This document shows, piece after piece, positions 17,976 through 27,183 of a DNA stretch of 64,000 bases. The notes under the pieces were generated by a model that made no database searches, was not told the DNA's origin, and was given only the letters and a program-made list of their open reading frames with translations. A program made the position numbers and the translations under genes. Every line of letters starts with the position of its first letter. The first letter of the stretch is position 1. This DNA comes from Vicinamibacteraceae bacterium. Its GTDB lineage: Bacteria > Planctomycetota > Phycisphaerae > Phycisphaerales > UBA5793. Where the stretch lies: the NCBI GenBank assembly GCA_011525805.1, contig WYBR01000070.1, positions 80,588 through 144,587 of the forward strand, written 5' to 3'.

Positions 17976-18454
17976 TGCTCTTGCGACTTCGCGGCTTCGA
18001 TCTGACGGATGGGCCGATACTTCTCGCCGATGGCGAGGTCCCACGGCTCGTGAGTCTCGTCGATGACGAGGTCGCGGAACTCGCTGCGGCAACGGTAGCA
18101 GACGAGGCACTGGCCCGTGAAGACATAGATGATGCGATCGACGACGACGGCGGCGAGAAGCAGGAGCATCGCCCAGATGACCTGCCACAGGAAGAGCAGG
18201 AGGACAGCGCCGGCGGCGGTGGCGATGACCAGCGCCAGCCCCAGGCGCTGCGGGAAGTCGTAGCGCTTGAAGATCTCGCGGCAGCCGCAGACCGGGCAAC
18301 GGCGCAGGCGGCCGCGGTCGTCGAGCGCGCCTTCCCATTGGAGGTCGATGCGGCGATCGGAGCCCTCGAGGGCGACGGAGCCCGGGCGGGCATTCTCGTC
18401 GATCGTGACGCGGCCGAGGGGCTCGCGGTGAAGGTCGTTGACGGAGACGCGCAT
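17960..18454 (-). CDS. Zinc-ribbon membrane protein (hypothetical)
   Basis: CPVCGC...CLVCYRC Cys pairs flank two hydrophobic helices (LGLALVIATAAGAVLLLFLW, AMLLLLAAVVVDRIIYVF). Its 3' end overlaps the acetyltransferase start by 16 nt. The opposite-strand ORF 17966-18484 is Asp/Ala-rich antisense-type sequence. Confidence 0.5.
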   Translation of the reverse strand: MRVSVNDLHREPLGRVTIDENARPGSVALEGSDRRIDLQWEGALDDRGRLRRCPVCGCREIFKRYDFPQRLGLALVIATAAGAVLLLFLWQVIWAMLLLLAAVVVDRIIYVFTGQCLVCYRCRSEFRDLVIDETHEPWDLAIGEKYRPIRQIEAAKSQEQCTHA

Positions 18455-18543
18455 GGCTTGAGGTTCCGCGGAGGGAGATCGTAGCGCGGCATGGCGGAGG
18501 GCAGCGGTTGCGCCGGCGGTGGGCGCCGCTACAGTTCCGCACT

Positions 18544-19413
18544 ATGAGCGCTCGACCCGACGGACCGCCCGACGCCCGCCATCGTGTCGGGGTGGTGAGT
18601 TACCTCAACACGCTGCCGCTGATTGACGGCCTGGAGAATCTCGCCGACGTGCATCTCGTGCATGCCGTGCCGAGCCGGCTGATCGACCTGCTGCTGGGCG
18701 GCGAGGTGGAGGTGGGGCTGTGCTCGATCGTGGATTACCAGAGATCGCCCGAGGCGCTCAAGATCGTTCCTGCCGGGCTGCTCGGGTGCGACGGGTCGAC
18801 GATGACGGTGCGGCTGTTCAGCCAGGTTCCTCTCGCACGGCTGACGAGAGTTCACTGCGACACTGAGAGCCACACGTCCGTGATGCTGCTCCGCGTGCTG
18901 CTCGATGCGCAGCACGGCGTGAGGCCGGAACTCGTGAACTACGACGCCGCCGGGCATCGGACCGTGGAGGGGCGCCGCGTGCAGTGGCCCGAAGCGATGC
19001 TCCTCATCGGCGACAAGGTGGTCACGGACGCGACGCCGGCCATCCGCTATCCCTACCAACTCGACCTCGGGGCGGAGTGGAGGGAACTCACCGGCCTGCC
19101 GTTCGTGTTTGCGACGTGGATGGCCCGCCGTGAGACGGACGCCCGTGCGGCCGGCGCCGTGCTCGACCGGCAGCGGCGGCACAACCGCGAGCGGCTCGAC
19201 GCGTTTCTGAGGCGTCAGGCGCCGCGGCACGGCTGGCCGATCGACCTGGCGCGATCCTATCTCAGCGAGATGCTGCGCTTCGAGTGGACGCCGCGCATGG
19301 TGGCGGGAGTCGAGCGCTTCTTCGGGATGGCGCACGACCTCGGGTTGATCGACGAGAACCGGCCGCTGGAGTGGGAGCGCGATGGCGTCGAGGAGTGCGC
19401 CGGCGCGCCGTAG
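18544..19413 (+). CDS. mqnA: Chorismate dehydratase MqnA (futalosine pathway of menaquinone biosynthesis)
   Basis: GVVSYLNTLPLIDGL...VPSRLIDLLLGGEVEVGLCSIVDY...LIGDKVV...YQLDLGAEWRELTGLPFVFATWMAR matches the periplasmic-binding-protein-like MqnA (DUF178) pattern. Confidence 0.75.
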   Translation: MSARPDGPPDARHRVGVVSYLNTLPLIDGLENLADVHLVHAVPSRLIDLLLGGEVEVGLCSIVDYQRSPEALKIVPAGLLGCDGSTMTVRLFSQVPLARLTRVHCDTESHTSVMLLRVLLDAQHGVRPELVNYDAAGHRTVEGRRVQWPEAMLLIGDKVVTDATPAIRYPYQLDLGAEWRELTGLPFVFATWMARRETDARAAGAVLDRQRRHNRERLDAFLRRQAPRHGWPIDLARSYLSEMLRFEWTPRMVAGVERFFGMAHDLGLIDENRPLEWERDGVEECAGAP

Positions 19414-19418
19414 CAGTC

Positions 19419-21101
19419 ATGGCCCGTCCGCCGCGATTCACGATTTCGGCGCTGGCCGACCTCCTTCGGGAACTGCGCTACGCCCCGCCGGAGACGCTGC
19501 ACCGGCAGATGACGACGGCGGAGGCGCTGCTGGGCGAGATCGACCCGGAGCGGAACTACCCGGAAGACTACATCCGTTACCGCATTACGGGTTACCGGGG
19601 CGAATCGGCGGGGGGATCGCTCTTCGTCGGCTCCGCCCTCATCGGCGACCTGGCGATCTTCGTCGAGCGGCTCAGCGCCTCGCTGGCGCTGCCGGTTGCG
19701 GAGTTTGCGCCGCGCCAACCCCTGCTGCCCGAGGAAGTGGCGCGCCGCCTTGGGGTGAGCGCGATCACGCTGCACCGCTACCGCCGGCAGGGCCTGGTGG
19801 CGCACCAGGCGGTGCTGGGCGGCGGCCGGCCGCGGCTGGTCTACTTCACGGATGCGGTGGAGCGCTTCGCCGCTCGGGCGCCGCGGCGGGTGGAGGCGGC
19901 GGGCCGTTTCTCGCGCATCGATCCCGCCACGCGTGAGCGCATGATCCGCCGGGCGCGGCGGTATGCGGCGAGTCTCGATCTTTCGCTCAACGAGGCGGCG
20001 CGGCGGCTGGCCAAGCGCTTCGGCCGCAGCCACGAGGGCATCCGCCGCCTGCTCCAGCAGCACGATCGCCGCCGCCCGGCCGAGGCGATCTTCCACGACG
20101 CCAGGCCGCTGAGCGAGCGCCAGCGCCGCCTGGCTCTGCGGGCGCACGACCGGGCCCTGCCCGCCTCCGAAGTCGCGCAGCGCCTCGGCAAGACGGTCAG
20201 CAGCGTTTACCGCACAACCCTCGAGCAGCGGGCGCAGCGCCTGCGGGCGTGGAACGTCAACGGCCGGGAGTTGCCCACGTTTCGCCTCGAAGGGGCGGGC
20301 GAGGTGATTCTCGCGGCGGATTCGGCGGTTCGCGGTCTGCCGGTCGTGCTCGACGTCGGCGGCGAACTGACCGCGTGGATCGGCGATGCGGCGGCGCTGG
20401 AGATCCGGCGCGAGGTCGAAGAGGCGCAACTCGCCGCGGCGCTGCACTACCTGCTCTGGTCGACCCGCAGGATCATCGACGACCTGCCCCGGCATCAGCC
20501 CCGGGCGGCGGAGATCGACGAGGCGGAGACGAGGCTGCGCTGGGCGACGCGGCTGAAGGTGCGGCTGCTCACGGGGCTCCGGGCCGCGGCGCTCTCGACC
20601 ATCGAGATCCATCTCGGTCGCAAACTGCTTCAGTGTGCGGCGGGGGAGATCGACGCGGCGTACCGGCTCGCGCTCGGCTCGCTCAGCCGCAGCATCGACG
20701 CCTTTGACGCAAGTCGGCAAGGGCGGCTGCGCGCCGTCGCCGTGCATGCGTTGCGCACGGAACTGGCGCGCGGCGGTTCGCGGAGCGGCCCGCCTTCCAC
20801 GGCCCGGGCCCGGCACGATCAACGGTCGCTCGTGCTGCCGGACCTGCCCGCGCTGGTCTTTGCGTGGCGGAGCGTGCTCGAGCCGCGGGCAGGAGCGATT
20901 GCTGCGGCGGAGGCGCTGAGCGAGGAGGACCGGCGGATCCTCGCGGCTCGCTTCGGCTGGACCGGCGGTGCGCCGCAGACGCATGCGGCGATCGCGGCCG
21001 CGCTCGGCCGGCCGGTGCATCGCATTGCCGCGGCGGAGCATCGCGCCCGCCGGCGCCTGGCGCAACAACTGCGCCGGGAGAGTCAAGACGGCGCCCGCTG
21101 A
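19419..21101 (+). CDS. Sigma-70 family protein with an N-terminal extension of about 330 aa carrying three helix-turn-helix-like segments
   Basis: Region 2-like AYRLALGSLSRSIDAFDASRQGRLRAVAVHALRTELAR. Region 4-like LSEEDRRILAARFGWTGGAPQTHAAIAAALGRPVHRIAAAEHRARRRL. N-terminal HTH-like segments: EEVARRLGVSAITLHRYRRQG, LNEAARRLAKRFGRSHEGIRRLL and ASEVAQRLGKTVSSVYR. The ATG at 19419 lies 5 nt after the mqnA stop. Confidence 0.55.
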   Translation: MARPPRFTISALADLLRELRYAPPETLHRQMTTAEALLGEIDPERNYPEDYIRYRITGYRGESAGGSLFVGSALIGDLAIFVERLSASLALPVAEFAPRQPLLPEEVARRLGVSAITLHRYRRQGLVAHQAVLGGGRPRLVYFTDAVERFAARAPRRVEAAGRFSRIDPATRERMIRRARRYAASLDLSLNEAARRLAKRFGRSHEGIRRLLQQHDRRRPAEAIFHDARPLSERQRRLALRAHDRALPASEVAQRLGKTVSSVYRTTLEQRAQRLRAWNVNGRELPTFRLEGAGEVILAADSAVRGLPVVLDVGGELTAWIGDAAALEIRREVEEAQLAAALHYLLWSTRRIIDDLPRHQPRAAEIDEAETRLRWATRLKVRLLTGLRAAALSTIEIHLGRKLLQCAAGEIDAAYRLALGSLSRSIDAFDASRQGRLRAVAVHALRTELARGGSRSGPPSTARARHDQRSLVLPDLPALVFAWRSVLEPRAGAIAAAEALSEEDRRILAARFGWTGGAPQTHAAIAAALGRPVHRIAAAEHRARRRLAQQLRRESQDGAR

Positions 21102-21253
21102 CGGGCTTGCGGAGCGGCGGCTCAGCAGCGATCGCCCGCTCAAATCGAAGACAGACAATGACTTGCGCGCGAAGTGATCCGGCATGGCTGGCTCGGGCAC
21201 GTTCGTTGCTCTTCGCCTCGGCCAACGACGGAGCAGGCAAGGAGTGCCGCATC

Positions 21254-21490
21254 ATGCTCGCCGATCGCACGGAGGCGATTCAGTCAGGGCGCCCGGTTGA
21301 CCGCGAGTCTCGCGGGCGGGAAGTGGCGCGCCTGGTGCTGGATGGCGCGGCCGGCCCGGACCGGCGGCTCGATGAGCGCCTCGGTCGCCGCATTGCCGCT
21401 CTGGCGGCGATGGCGGCCGCGATGCACGTCGGCGAAGCGACGGCACGACGCCGAAGCGCGGCGGGCGACGGCGAAGGGAGCGCGGCATGA
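21254..21490 (+). CDS. Small hypothetical protein translationally coupled to flgF
   Basis: 78-aa ORF with AAGGAG 10 nt upstream of the ATG at 21254. Its stop overlaps the flgF start (ATGA at 21487-21490). The Arg/Ala-rich composition means it could be a chance ORF. Confidence 0.3.
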   Translation: MLADRTEAIQSGRPVDRESRGREVARLVLDGAAGPDRRLDERLGRRIAALAAMAAAMHVGEATARRRSAAGDGEGSAA

Positions 21491-22266
21491 ACTACGGCCT
21501 CTACGTCGCGGCGTCCGGCATGCTCGTCAACATGTATCGCATGGACGTCCTCGGCAACAACCTCGCCAACATCAACACGACCGCCTTCAAGCCGGAGGCC
21601 ACGGCCTTTCACTGGCGCGAGGCGGAGCGACTCGAGGCCGGCCTGACCAACATGCCTCCCAAGCGCCTGCTCGAGCGACTCGGCGGAGGCGTCCATCTCA
21701 GCCCGAACGTCACGCTCTTCAAGGATGGCCAACTTGTCGAGACGGGCAATCCGCTTGACCTCGCCATCCAGGGCGAGGGCCTCTTCAAGTTCGCCAAGGG
21801 CCGCGGCGAGGGCAACGAGCGCCTGCGATTCAGCCGTGACGGCCGCTTCACCATCGGGGCCGACGGCTACCTCACCCATGCGGCCTCGGGGATGCGCGTG
21901 CTGGACGAGGGAGACAACCCGATCCGGCTCGAACCGACCGGCAAGGTCATGATCCAGCCGGACGGCGCGGTGATGCAGGACGGCCAGCGCGTGGCCCGGC
22001 TGGGGGTCGTCGTCCCGCCGCGAATGGACATGCTCGCCAAGGCCGGAGCCAACACCTTCACGCTCAGCAACACCGCCCAGGAGAGCCTCTTGCCCAGCAG
22101 CGCCAACCTCAAGCAAGGCTGGCTCGAATCGAGCGCCGTGGACGGAATGAGCATGATGATGGAACTCGCATCCGCCAACGGCGCCATCGGCGCCAATGCG
22201 CGGATGATCCGCATGCATGATGAACTGATGAACACCGCGATCAACCGCTTCGGCCGCGTGGCCTGA
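21487..22266 (+). CDS. flgF: Flagellar basal-body rod protein FlgF
   Basis: N-terminal MNYGLYVAASGMLVNMYRMDVLGNNLANINTTAFK (rod-protein signature) and C-terminal LESSAVD...ELMNTAINRF. Confidence 0.8.
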   Translation: MNYGLYVAASGMLVNMYRMDVLGNNLANINTTAFKPEATAFHWREAERLEAGLTNMPPKRLLERLGGGVHLSPNVTLFKDGQLVETGNPLDLAIQGEGLFKFAKGRGEGNERLRFSRDGRFTIGADGYLTHAASGMRVLDEGDNPIRLEPTGKVMIQPDGAVMQDGQRVARLGVVVPPRMDMLAKAGANTFTLSNTAQESLLPSSANLKQGWLESSAVDGMSMMMELASANGAIGANARMIRMHDELMNTAINRFGRVA

Positions 22267-22295
22267 TCGCCCGGACGCCAAGGAGGACCAGCCGC

Positions 22296-23105
22296 ATGTC
22301 CGTCACCGCACTGCACTCGGCCGCCACGGGCCTGACCGCGCTGAGCACCGAACTCGACGTGATCGCCAACAACCTGGCGAACCTGAACACGACGGGATTC
22401 AAGGGCAGCCGCGCCAACTTTCAGGACCTGCTCTACATCGAGAAGAAGCAGGCGGGCGTCGAGAACCTCAACGGCGACCAGCGGCCGATGGGCCTCTACG
22501 TCGGCCTGGGCACGCAGGTCTCGGGAACGCAGAAGAACTTCGAGAACGGCCCGGCCGAGGCCACCGGCCGCTCGCTCGACGTCATGATCGAAGACGCGGG
22601 CTTTCTCCAGGTGCGCATCGAGCCCGACCGCGGGCCCGACGGCATCGGCTACACCCGCGCCGGCAACCTGACCATCAACGGCCTGGGGCAACTCGTCCTC
22701 GCCACCGACCAGGGTCGCGTGATCGAGCCGCCCATCACCATTCCCGAGGAAGCGGAGAAGATCTCCATCACGCCGGACGGCCAGGTCCTCGTGAGCCTGC
22801 CTGGCGGACAGGTGGACAACGTCGGCCAGTTTGAACTGGCGACCTTCATCAACCCGGCCGGCCTCAAGGAGATCGGCGAGAACCTCTTCGTGCGCACCGA
22901 CGCCTCTGGCGACGCCATCACCGGCGCGCCGGCGTCGGACAATCGCGGCGCCATCCGCCAGGGATTCCTCGAAGGCTCGAACGTCGAGCCCGTGCGCGAA
23001 CTCGTCCACCTCATCAAGAGCCAGCGAGCGTTCGAACTCAACGGCCAGGTCGTGCGGGCGGCCGACGAGGCCCTTCAGCAGATCAATCAACTCCGCCGGG
23101 GATAG
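22296..23105 (+). CDS. flgG: Flagellar distal rod protein FlgG
   Basis: ALHSAATGLTALSTELDVIANNLANLNTTGFK at the N-terminus, and LEGSNVEPVRELVHLIKSQRAFELNGQVVRAADEALQQINQL at the C-terminus. Confidence 0.9.
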   Translation: MSVTALHSAATGLTALSTELDVIANNLANLNTTGFKGSRANFQDLLYIEKKQAGVENLNGDQRPMGLYVGLGTQVSGTQKNFENGPAEATGRSLDVMIEDAGFLQVRIEPDRGPDGIGYTRAGNLTINGLGQLVLATDQGRVIEPPITIPEEAEKISITPDGQVLVSLPGGQVDNVGQFELATFINPAGLKEIGENLFVRTDASGDAITGAPASDNRGAIRQGFLEGSNVEPVRELVHLIKSQRAFELNGQVVRAADEALQQINQLRRG

Positions 23106-23112
23106 GTGAATC

Positions 23113-24183
23113 ATGAGTAACCGCCGTCATCTCGCGCCGGCCCTTCTCCCACTTGCTCTGCTCGCGGCGCTCCTGGCGCCGGCGGGCGCGGCGGCGGCCG
23201 GCGGCTCGGACTCGATCGACCTGCGGCCGTCGGTGCGGCTCGACGCGGACTGCCTCGTCGTGCGCCTCTCGGACGTGGCGGACCTGGCCGGCCCGCTCGC
23301 TCAGGCGCTCGCGGACTCGGTGGTGTATGAGGCTCCGGCGGCGCCGCTGCGGCCGGTGTCGCTCCACGTGGACGCCCTGCGCCGCCGGCTGGATGGCGAC
23401 GGCGTGAATCTCGGCCTCGTGTCGCTCAGCGGGCGCGAGTGCGTCATGCGCTGGCGTGCCGCAGCGACGCCGGCGCCGCCGGCCGCGGAAAGATCGGCTC
23501 CCGTCGAGAACGGTTCGCCCGCGGAGTTCGCCGATCGGTGGATCGGCCAAGCGACGCTGCGGGGCGTCGTGGCGGACTACCTCGCACGCCACCTCCTCGG
23601 CGCCGACCCCGCCGACGTGCAGTTGCGCTTCCGAGCGGAGGATGCGGCGGCGCTGGATCGGCCGCGGGCGGGATTCGACTTTGAGATCAGGCCGATGGCC
23701 TCGGCGCTCTCGCCGGTGATCCCGCTTGAGGTGAACGTGTACGAGCGTGGCGCGCTGGCGGCCAGGGAGCGGCTGAGCGTGGAAGTGGCGCTTCGGCGTC
23801 CGGTGGTGGTGGCGCAGCGCTATGTGGCGCGCGGCGCGGTCATCGGGGTCGAAGACGTCGTCGAGGAGGTTCGCCTGGTCGAGCCGGGCCTGCGCACCGC
23901 GCCGAGCCGCGCCGCCGAAGTGGTCGGGCGCGAGGCGCGCGGCCGGCTCGTGCCCGGCGAAGCGCTGCGCGACGGCGATGCGCTGGCGCCCGTCGCCATC
24001 ACCCGAAACAGCGAGGTGTGGGTGCGGGCCCGCCACGGACTGTTCGTCCTGCGCCTTCGCGCCCGCGCCCTTGACGAGGGCCGCACCGGCGAGGTCATCC
24101 GCGTCCGCCGCCTCTCCGACCGCGCCGAGTTCACAGGCGTCGTGACTGCGGACGGCGAAGTGGTGATCGAGGTCGGCGGCTGA
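23113..24183 (+). CDS. flgA: Flagellar P-ring assembly chaperone FlgA (long form)
   Basis: Signal peptide, then a C-terminal SAF-like domain (VVVAQRYVARGAVIGVEDV...GRLVPGEALRDGDL) and ...ITRNSEVWVRARHGLFVLRLRARALDEGRTGEVIRVRRL.. as in FlgA. It sits between flgG and flgH. Confidence 0.7.
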   Translation: MSNRRHLAPALLPLALLAALLAPAGAAAAGGSDSIDLRPSVRLDADCLVVRLSDVADLAGPLAQALADSVVYEAPAAPLRPVSLHVDALRRRLDGDGVNLGLVSLSGRECVMRWRAAATPAPPAAERSAPVENGSPAEFADRWIGQATLRGVVADYLARHLLGADPADVQLRFRAEDAAALDRPRAGFDFEIRPMASALSPVIPLEVNVYERGALAARERLSVEVALRRPVVVAQRYVARGAVIGVEDVVEEVRLVEPGLRTAPSRAAEVVGREARGRLVPGEALRDGDALAPVAITRNSEVWVRARHGLFVLRLRARALDEGRTGEVIRVRRLSDRAEFTGVVTADGEVVIEVGG

Positions 24184-24218
24184 GCAGGCATCGCGGCCAG
24201 GCCGCGGGGAGCAATACC

Positions 24219-24971
24219 ATGAACGCGAGAACTCAGAATAAACGAGGTCGCAAGTCCAAGACTCATCATCCCGCCCGGCTGGCGCTCATGTGCGGGGCCG
24301 CGTGGCTGGCGGCGGCGACGGCCGCTTCGGCGCAGACCGGCTCCGTGCTCGCCCAGCGCCGCGCCAATCCCCCGACGCCCCCGCCCGCGGATGTCGATCC
24401 CGCCCTCGCGCTCCAGGCCTATTCCTGGTTCACCGTCCCCCAGCCCCAGCCCGTCGTCTGGCGCAAGCACGATCACGTGCAGATCATCATCCGCGAGACG
24501 AGTACGGCGCGGCTGCAGCAGGGCATCGACACGTCCAAGGAGTACGACCTCAAGGGCGAGATCAAGGACTTCCCGCAACTGACCATCAACGACCTCCTCG
24601 AAGGCGTGCTCAAGGGAAGCGAGAACGCCAACCCCGCCAAACTCGAACTCGAATACGAGAACGAGTTCAAGGGCGACGGCCGCTACTCGCGCACCGACGA
24701 CCTCTCCGCCCGCGTGACGGCCGAAGTGATCGAAGTCTGGCCCAACGGCCACCTCGTGCTCGAAGCGCGCACCGTCATCCAGACCGACGACGAGACCTCG
24801 ACCATCCTGCTCTCGGGCGTCTGCGATCCTCAGCAGGTCTCACCGGCCGGCACGATCCTGAGCAACCAACTCTTCGACCTGCGCGTCATGAAGATGCACG
24901 AAGGGCAACTGAAGAAGACCACGAAGAAGGGGTTCATCCCCCGCGTACTCGAGACCATCTTTGCGTTCTGA
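24219..24971 (+). CDS. flgH: Flagellar L-ring protein FlgH
   Basis: VQIIIRETSTARLQQGIDTSKEYDLKG...GDGRYSRTDDLSARVTAEVIEVWPNGHLVLEARTVIQTDDETSTILLSGVCDPQQVSPAGTILSNQLFDLRV matches the FlgH core. Confidence 0.85.
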   Translation: MNARTQNKRGRKSKTHHPARLALMCGAAWLAAATAASAQTGSVLAQRRANPPTPPPADVDPALALQAYSWFTVPQPQPVVWRKHDHVQIIIRETSTARLQQGIDTSKEYDLKGEIKDFPQLTINDLLEGVLKGSENANPAKLELEYENEFKGDGRYSRTDDLSARVTAEVIEVWPNGHLVLEARTVIQTDDETSTILLSGVCDPQQVSPAGTILSNQLFDLRVMKMHEGQLKKTTKKGFIPRVLETIFAF

Positions 24972-25016
24972 GCGCGGCGCCTCGCGGCCGCGACGCCCTT
25001 CCCCGGAGAGACTGAA

Positions 25017-26156
25017 ATGACACGACGTGCATGGATGGAATACGGACGATCAAGGCGGGCCCTCGGCCTGGCGGCGCCGGCCGTCGCGGCGGCGTGCCTC
25101 GTCGCGGCCGCCGGCGCCTCGGCCAGCGACGTGCAGAGCATGGTCCGCGTCAAGGGACTCGAACAGAACGAACTCAACGGCATGGGCATCGTCGTCGGCC
25201 TGCCGGGCACCGGTGACCAGACCAAGCGCACCCTCCACGTTGCTCGCTACCTGCACGAACTGCACCGCAACAACGGCCTGGGCGTGCAGTCGCCCGTCGA
25301 ACTCCAAGGCTCCGACAGCGTCGCCGTCGTCACCGTGACCTGCACGATTCCCGGCACCGGCGCCCGCGAGGGAGATCAACTTGACGCCGTGGTTTCCGTC
25401 GTCGGCAACGCCAAGAGCCTCAAAGGCGGCACGCTGCTTCAGACCTTCCTGCGCCTCACCAAGGACGGGCCCGCCGACGCCTGGGTCTCCGGCCCCATCG
25501 ACATCGATCCTTCCAACCAGCGGCGCGGCACCATTCGCGGCGGCGTGCAACTGCTCACCGACTTCCGCACCAGCGCCTTTCGCGACGGCTCGCGCGAGGT
25601 CACGCTCATCATCAACCCCGAGTACGCCGGCTACCCCGTCGCCAACATGCTCGCCGACCAGATCACGCAGCAACTTCAGATCGGCGCATCCGGCGGCGAG
25701 GGCCGGGCGGAAGTCCGCTCGCCCAACGAGGTCGTCCTCACCATCAGCGAGTGGGCGTGGGAGCGCCGCGCCGCCACGCTCAACTACGTCCTCACCATGC
25801 CCATCGACCGCAGCCTGCTCGAATTGCCCGCCCGCGTCGTCATCAACCGCCGCGCGGGCGTGATCGTCCTCTCCGGCGACGTGCAGATCTCGCCGGCGGT
25901 GATCTCGACGCGCACGCTTTCAATCACGCGCATCGTGCCGCCCCCGGAGCCGACCCCAGCCGACCCGATCTTCTACACCGATCAACACGTCAAGGTGGGC
26001 ACCGTGGACGACGGCCTGCCGACGACGCGGGCGCGCCTCGCGGACCTCATCGAGGCGCTCGACGCCCTGAAGGTGGACTTCGAGACGCGCGTCGATGTGC
26101 TCTACGAACTGCACCGCATTGGCAAGCTGCACGCCCAACTGGTGGACCTGCCGTGA
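25017..26156 (+). CDS. flgI: Flagellar P-ring protein FlgI
   Basis: VRVKGLEQNELNGMGIVVGLPGTGD..., ...VVINRRAGVIVLSGDVQISP... and LIEALDALKV...DVLYELHRIGKLHAQLV are typical of FlgI. Confidence 0.9.
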   Translation: MTRRAWMEYGRSRRALGLAAPAVAAACLVAAAGASASDVQSMVRVKGLEQNELNGMGIVVGLPGTGDQTKRTLHVARYLHELHRNNGLGVQSPVELQGSDSVAVVTVTCTIPGTGAREGDQLDAVVSVVGNAKSLKGGTLLQTFLRLTKDGPADAWVSGPIDIDPSNQRRGTIRGGVQLLTDFRTSAFRDGSREVTLIINPEYAGYPVANMLADQITQQLQIGASGGEGRAEVRSPNEVVLTISEWAWERRAATLNYVLTMPIDRSLLELPARVVINRRAGVIVLSGDVQISPAVISTRTLSITRIVPPPEPTPADPIFYTDQHVKVGTVDDGLPTTRARLADLIEALDALKVDFETRVDVLYELHRIGKLHAQLVDLP

Positions 26157-26650
26157 TCACCCTCGACGTCGCGCCGGCGCCCCATCCCTTCGCTGCGGCG
26201 GATCCGACGCGGCGATTCGACGCCGCGGAACTGCTCCGCGCCGCCCCCGCCGAGGCGGCGCCCGACTCCGCCGAGGCGGATCGCGCCGCGGATGCGCCCG
26301 CGTCCTTCGCCCGCATCCTCAGCCAGCGCATGAAGTCGGACCTTTCCCCGCAGCGCCGCCGCGAGCAGGTGTACCGCAACGTCGAGGAACTCGTGGCCCA
26401 GACGCTCGTGGTGCCGGTGCTCGAGCGGCTGGGCAGCGATCCGCTCAACAGCGGCCTGTTCGAGCGCGGCGACGCCGAGAAGGCGCTGCGGCCGCTGCTC
26501 GAGGCGGAGGTGTCCAAGAAGATCGTCGCGGGAATGCGAACGCGGCTGGTGGATCACATGGCGCGCCGTTTGCTCGCCAGCGCGCAGGCAACGGGCGCGC
26601 CGCCGACCGCGGGCGCCGCCGAGCCCCAGCAGAGGTTGAATCATGCCTGA
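26153..26650 (+). CDS. Rod-binding protein (FlgJ N-terminal-domain-like, no muramidase domain)
   Basis: The GTG at 26153 overlaps the flgI stop (GTGA). ...VEELVAQTLVVPVLERL....GLFERGDAEKALRPLLEAEVSKKIV resembles the Rod_binding pattern. The position after flgI matches flgJ in proteobacterial clusters. Confidence 0.5.
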   Translation: MITLDVAPAPHPFAAADPTRRFDAAELLRAAPAEAAPDSAEADRAADAPASFARILSQRMKSDLSPQRRREQVYRNVEELVAQTLVVPVLERLGSDPLNSGLFERGDAEKALRPLLEAEVSKKIVAGMRTRLVDHMARRLLASAQATGAPPTAGAAEPQQRLNHA

Positions 26651-27173
26651 ATTGCGCACAGGAAACTCGGTGCAGGTCTGCGTGCATCGAATCGAGCAGA
26701 TTCTGCGCGAAGCGACGAACCTGAACCGCGACCTGCTCGCGTGCATCACGGAATCGCAGCAGTGTCTGCGCAACGCCGACACGCCGCGCCTGGCGGCGTG
26801 CCTGAAGCGCGAGCGCGACCTGGTGAACACGATCGACGGCCTGGAGCAGCGGCGCAAGGTGGTGGCGGCGACGCTCGCCACGGCGCTGGGCCTCGCGTCG
26901 GAGGGCGAGATCCGCCTGGGACATCTCGCCGAGGCCCTCGGCGAACCCAGCCGCTCGCGCCTGCTCGAACTCGGCGAAGACCTGCGCGCGGGCATCGTGC
27001 AGGTGCGCGAGGCGGGGGGCGTGCTGCGCGAGAGTTGCGAGGCCCTGCTCGGCCACGTCTCGGGGCTGCTCCAGTCGATCCACGCCGGGCTGAGCCGGAC
27101 CAAGGTGTACGGGCGGGACGGGCGGATCGGACTCGGCGCGGCGACGTGCGGCGGACTGGACCTGCGGACGTGA
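26643..27173 (+). CDS. flgN: FlgN-like flagellar export chaperone
   Basis: All-helical 176-aa protein lying directly upstream of flgK/flgL. NRDLLACITESQQCLRNADTPRLAACLKRERDLVNTIDGLEQRR fits the FlgN family pattern. It overlaps the previous gene by 8 nt. Confidence 0.5.
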   Translation: MPELRTGNSVQVCVHRIEQILREATNLNRDLLACITESQQCLRNADTPRLAACLKRERDLVNTIDGLEQRRKVVAATLATALGLASEGEIRLGHLAEALGEPSRSRLLELGEDLRAGIVQVREAGGVLRESCEALLGHVSGLLQSIHAGLSRTKVYGRDGRIGLGAATCGGLDLRT

Positions 27174-27183
27174 GGAGGCCGGC

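Noticed and set aside
19257-21200. 647-aa minus-strand ORF opposite the sigma-like gene
   Set aside because: The plus-strand frame carries sigma region 2/4-like motifs and HTH segments. The minus-strand translation is Arg/Pro-rich without motifs.
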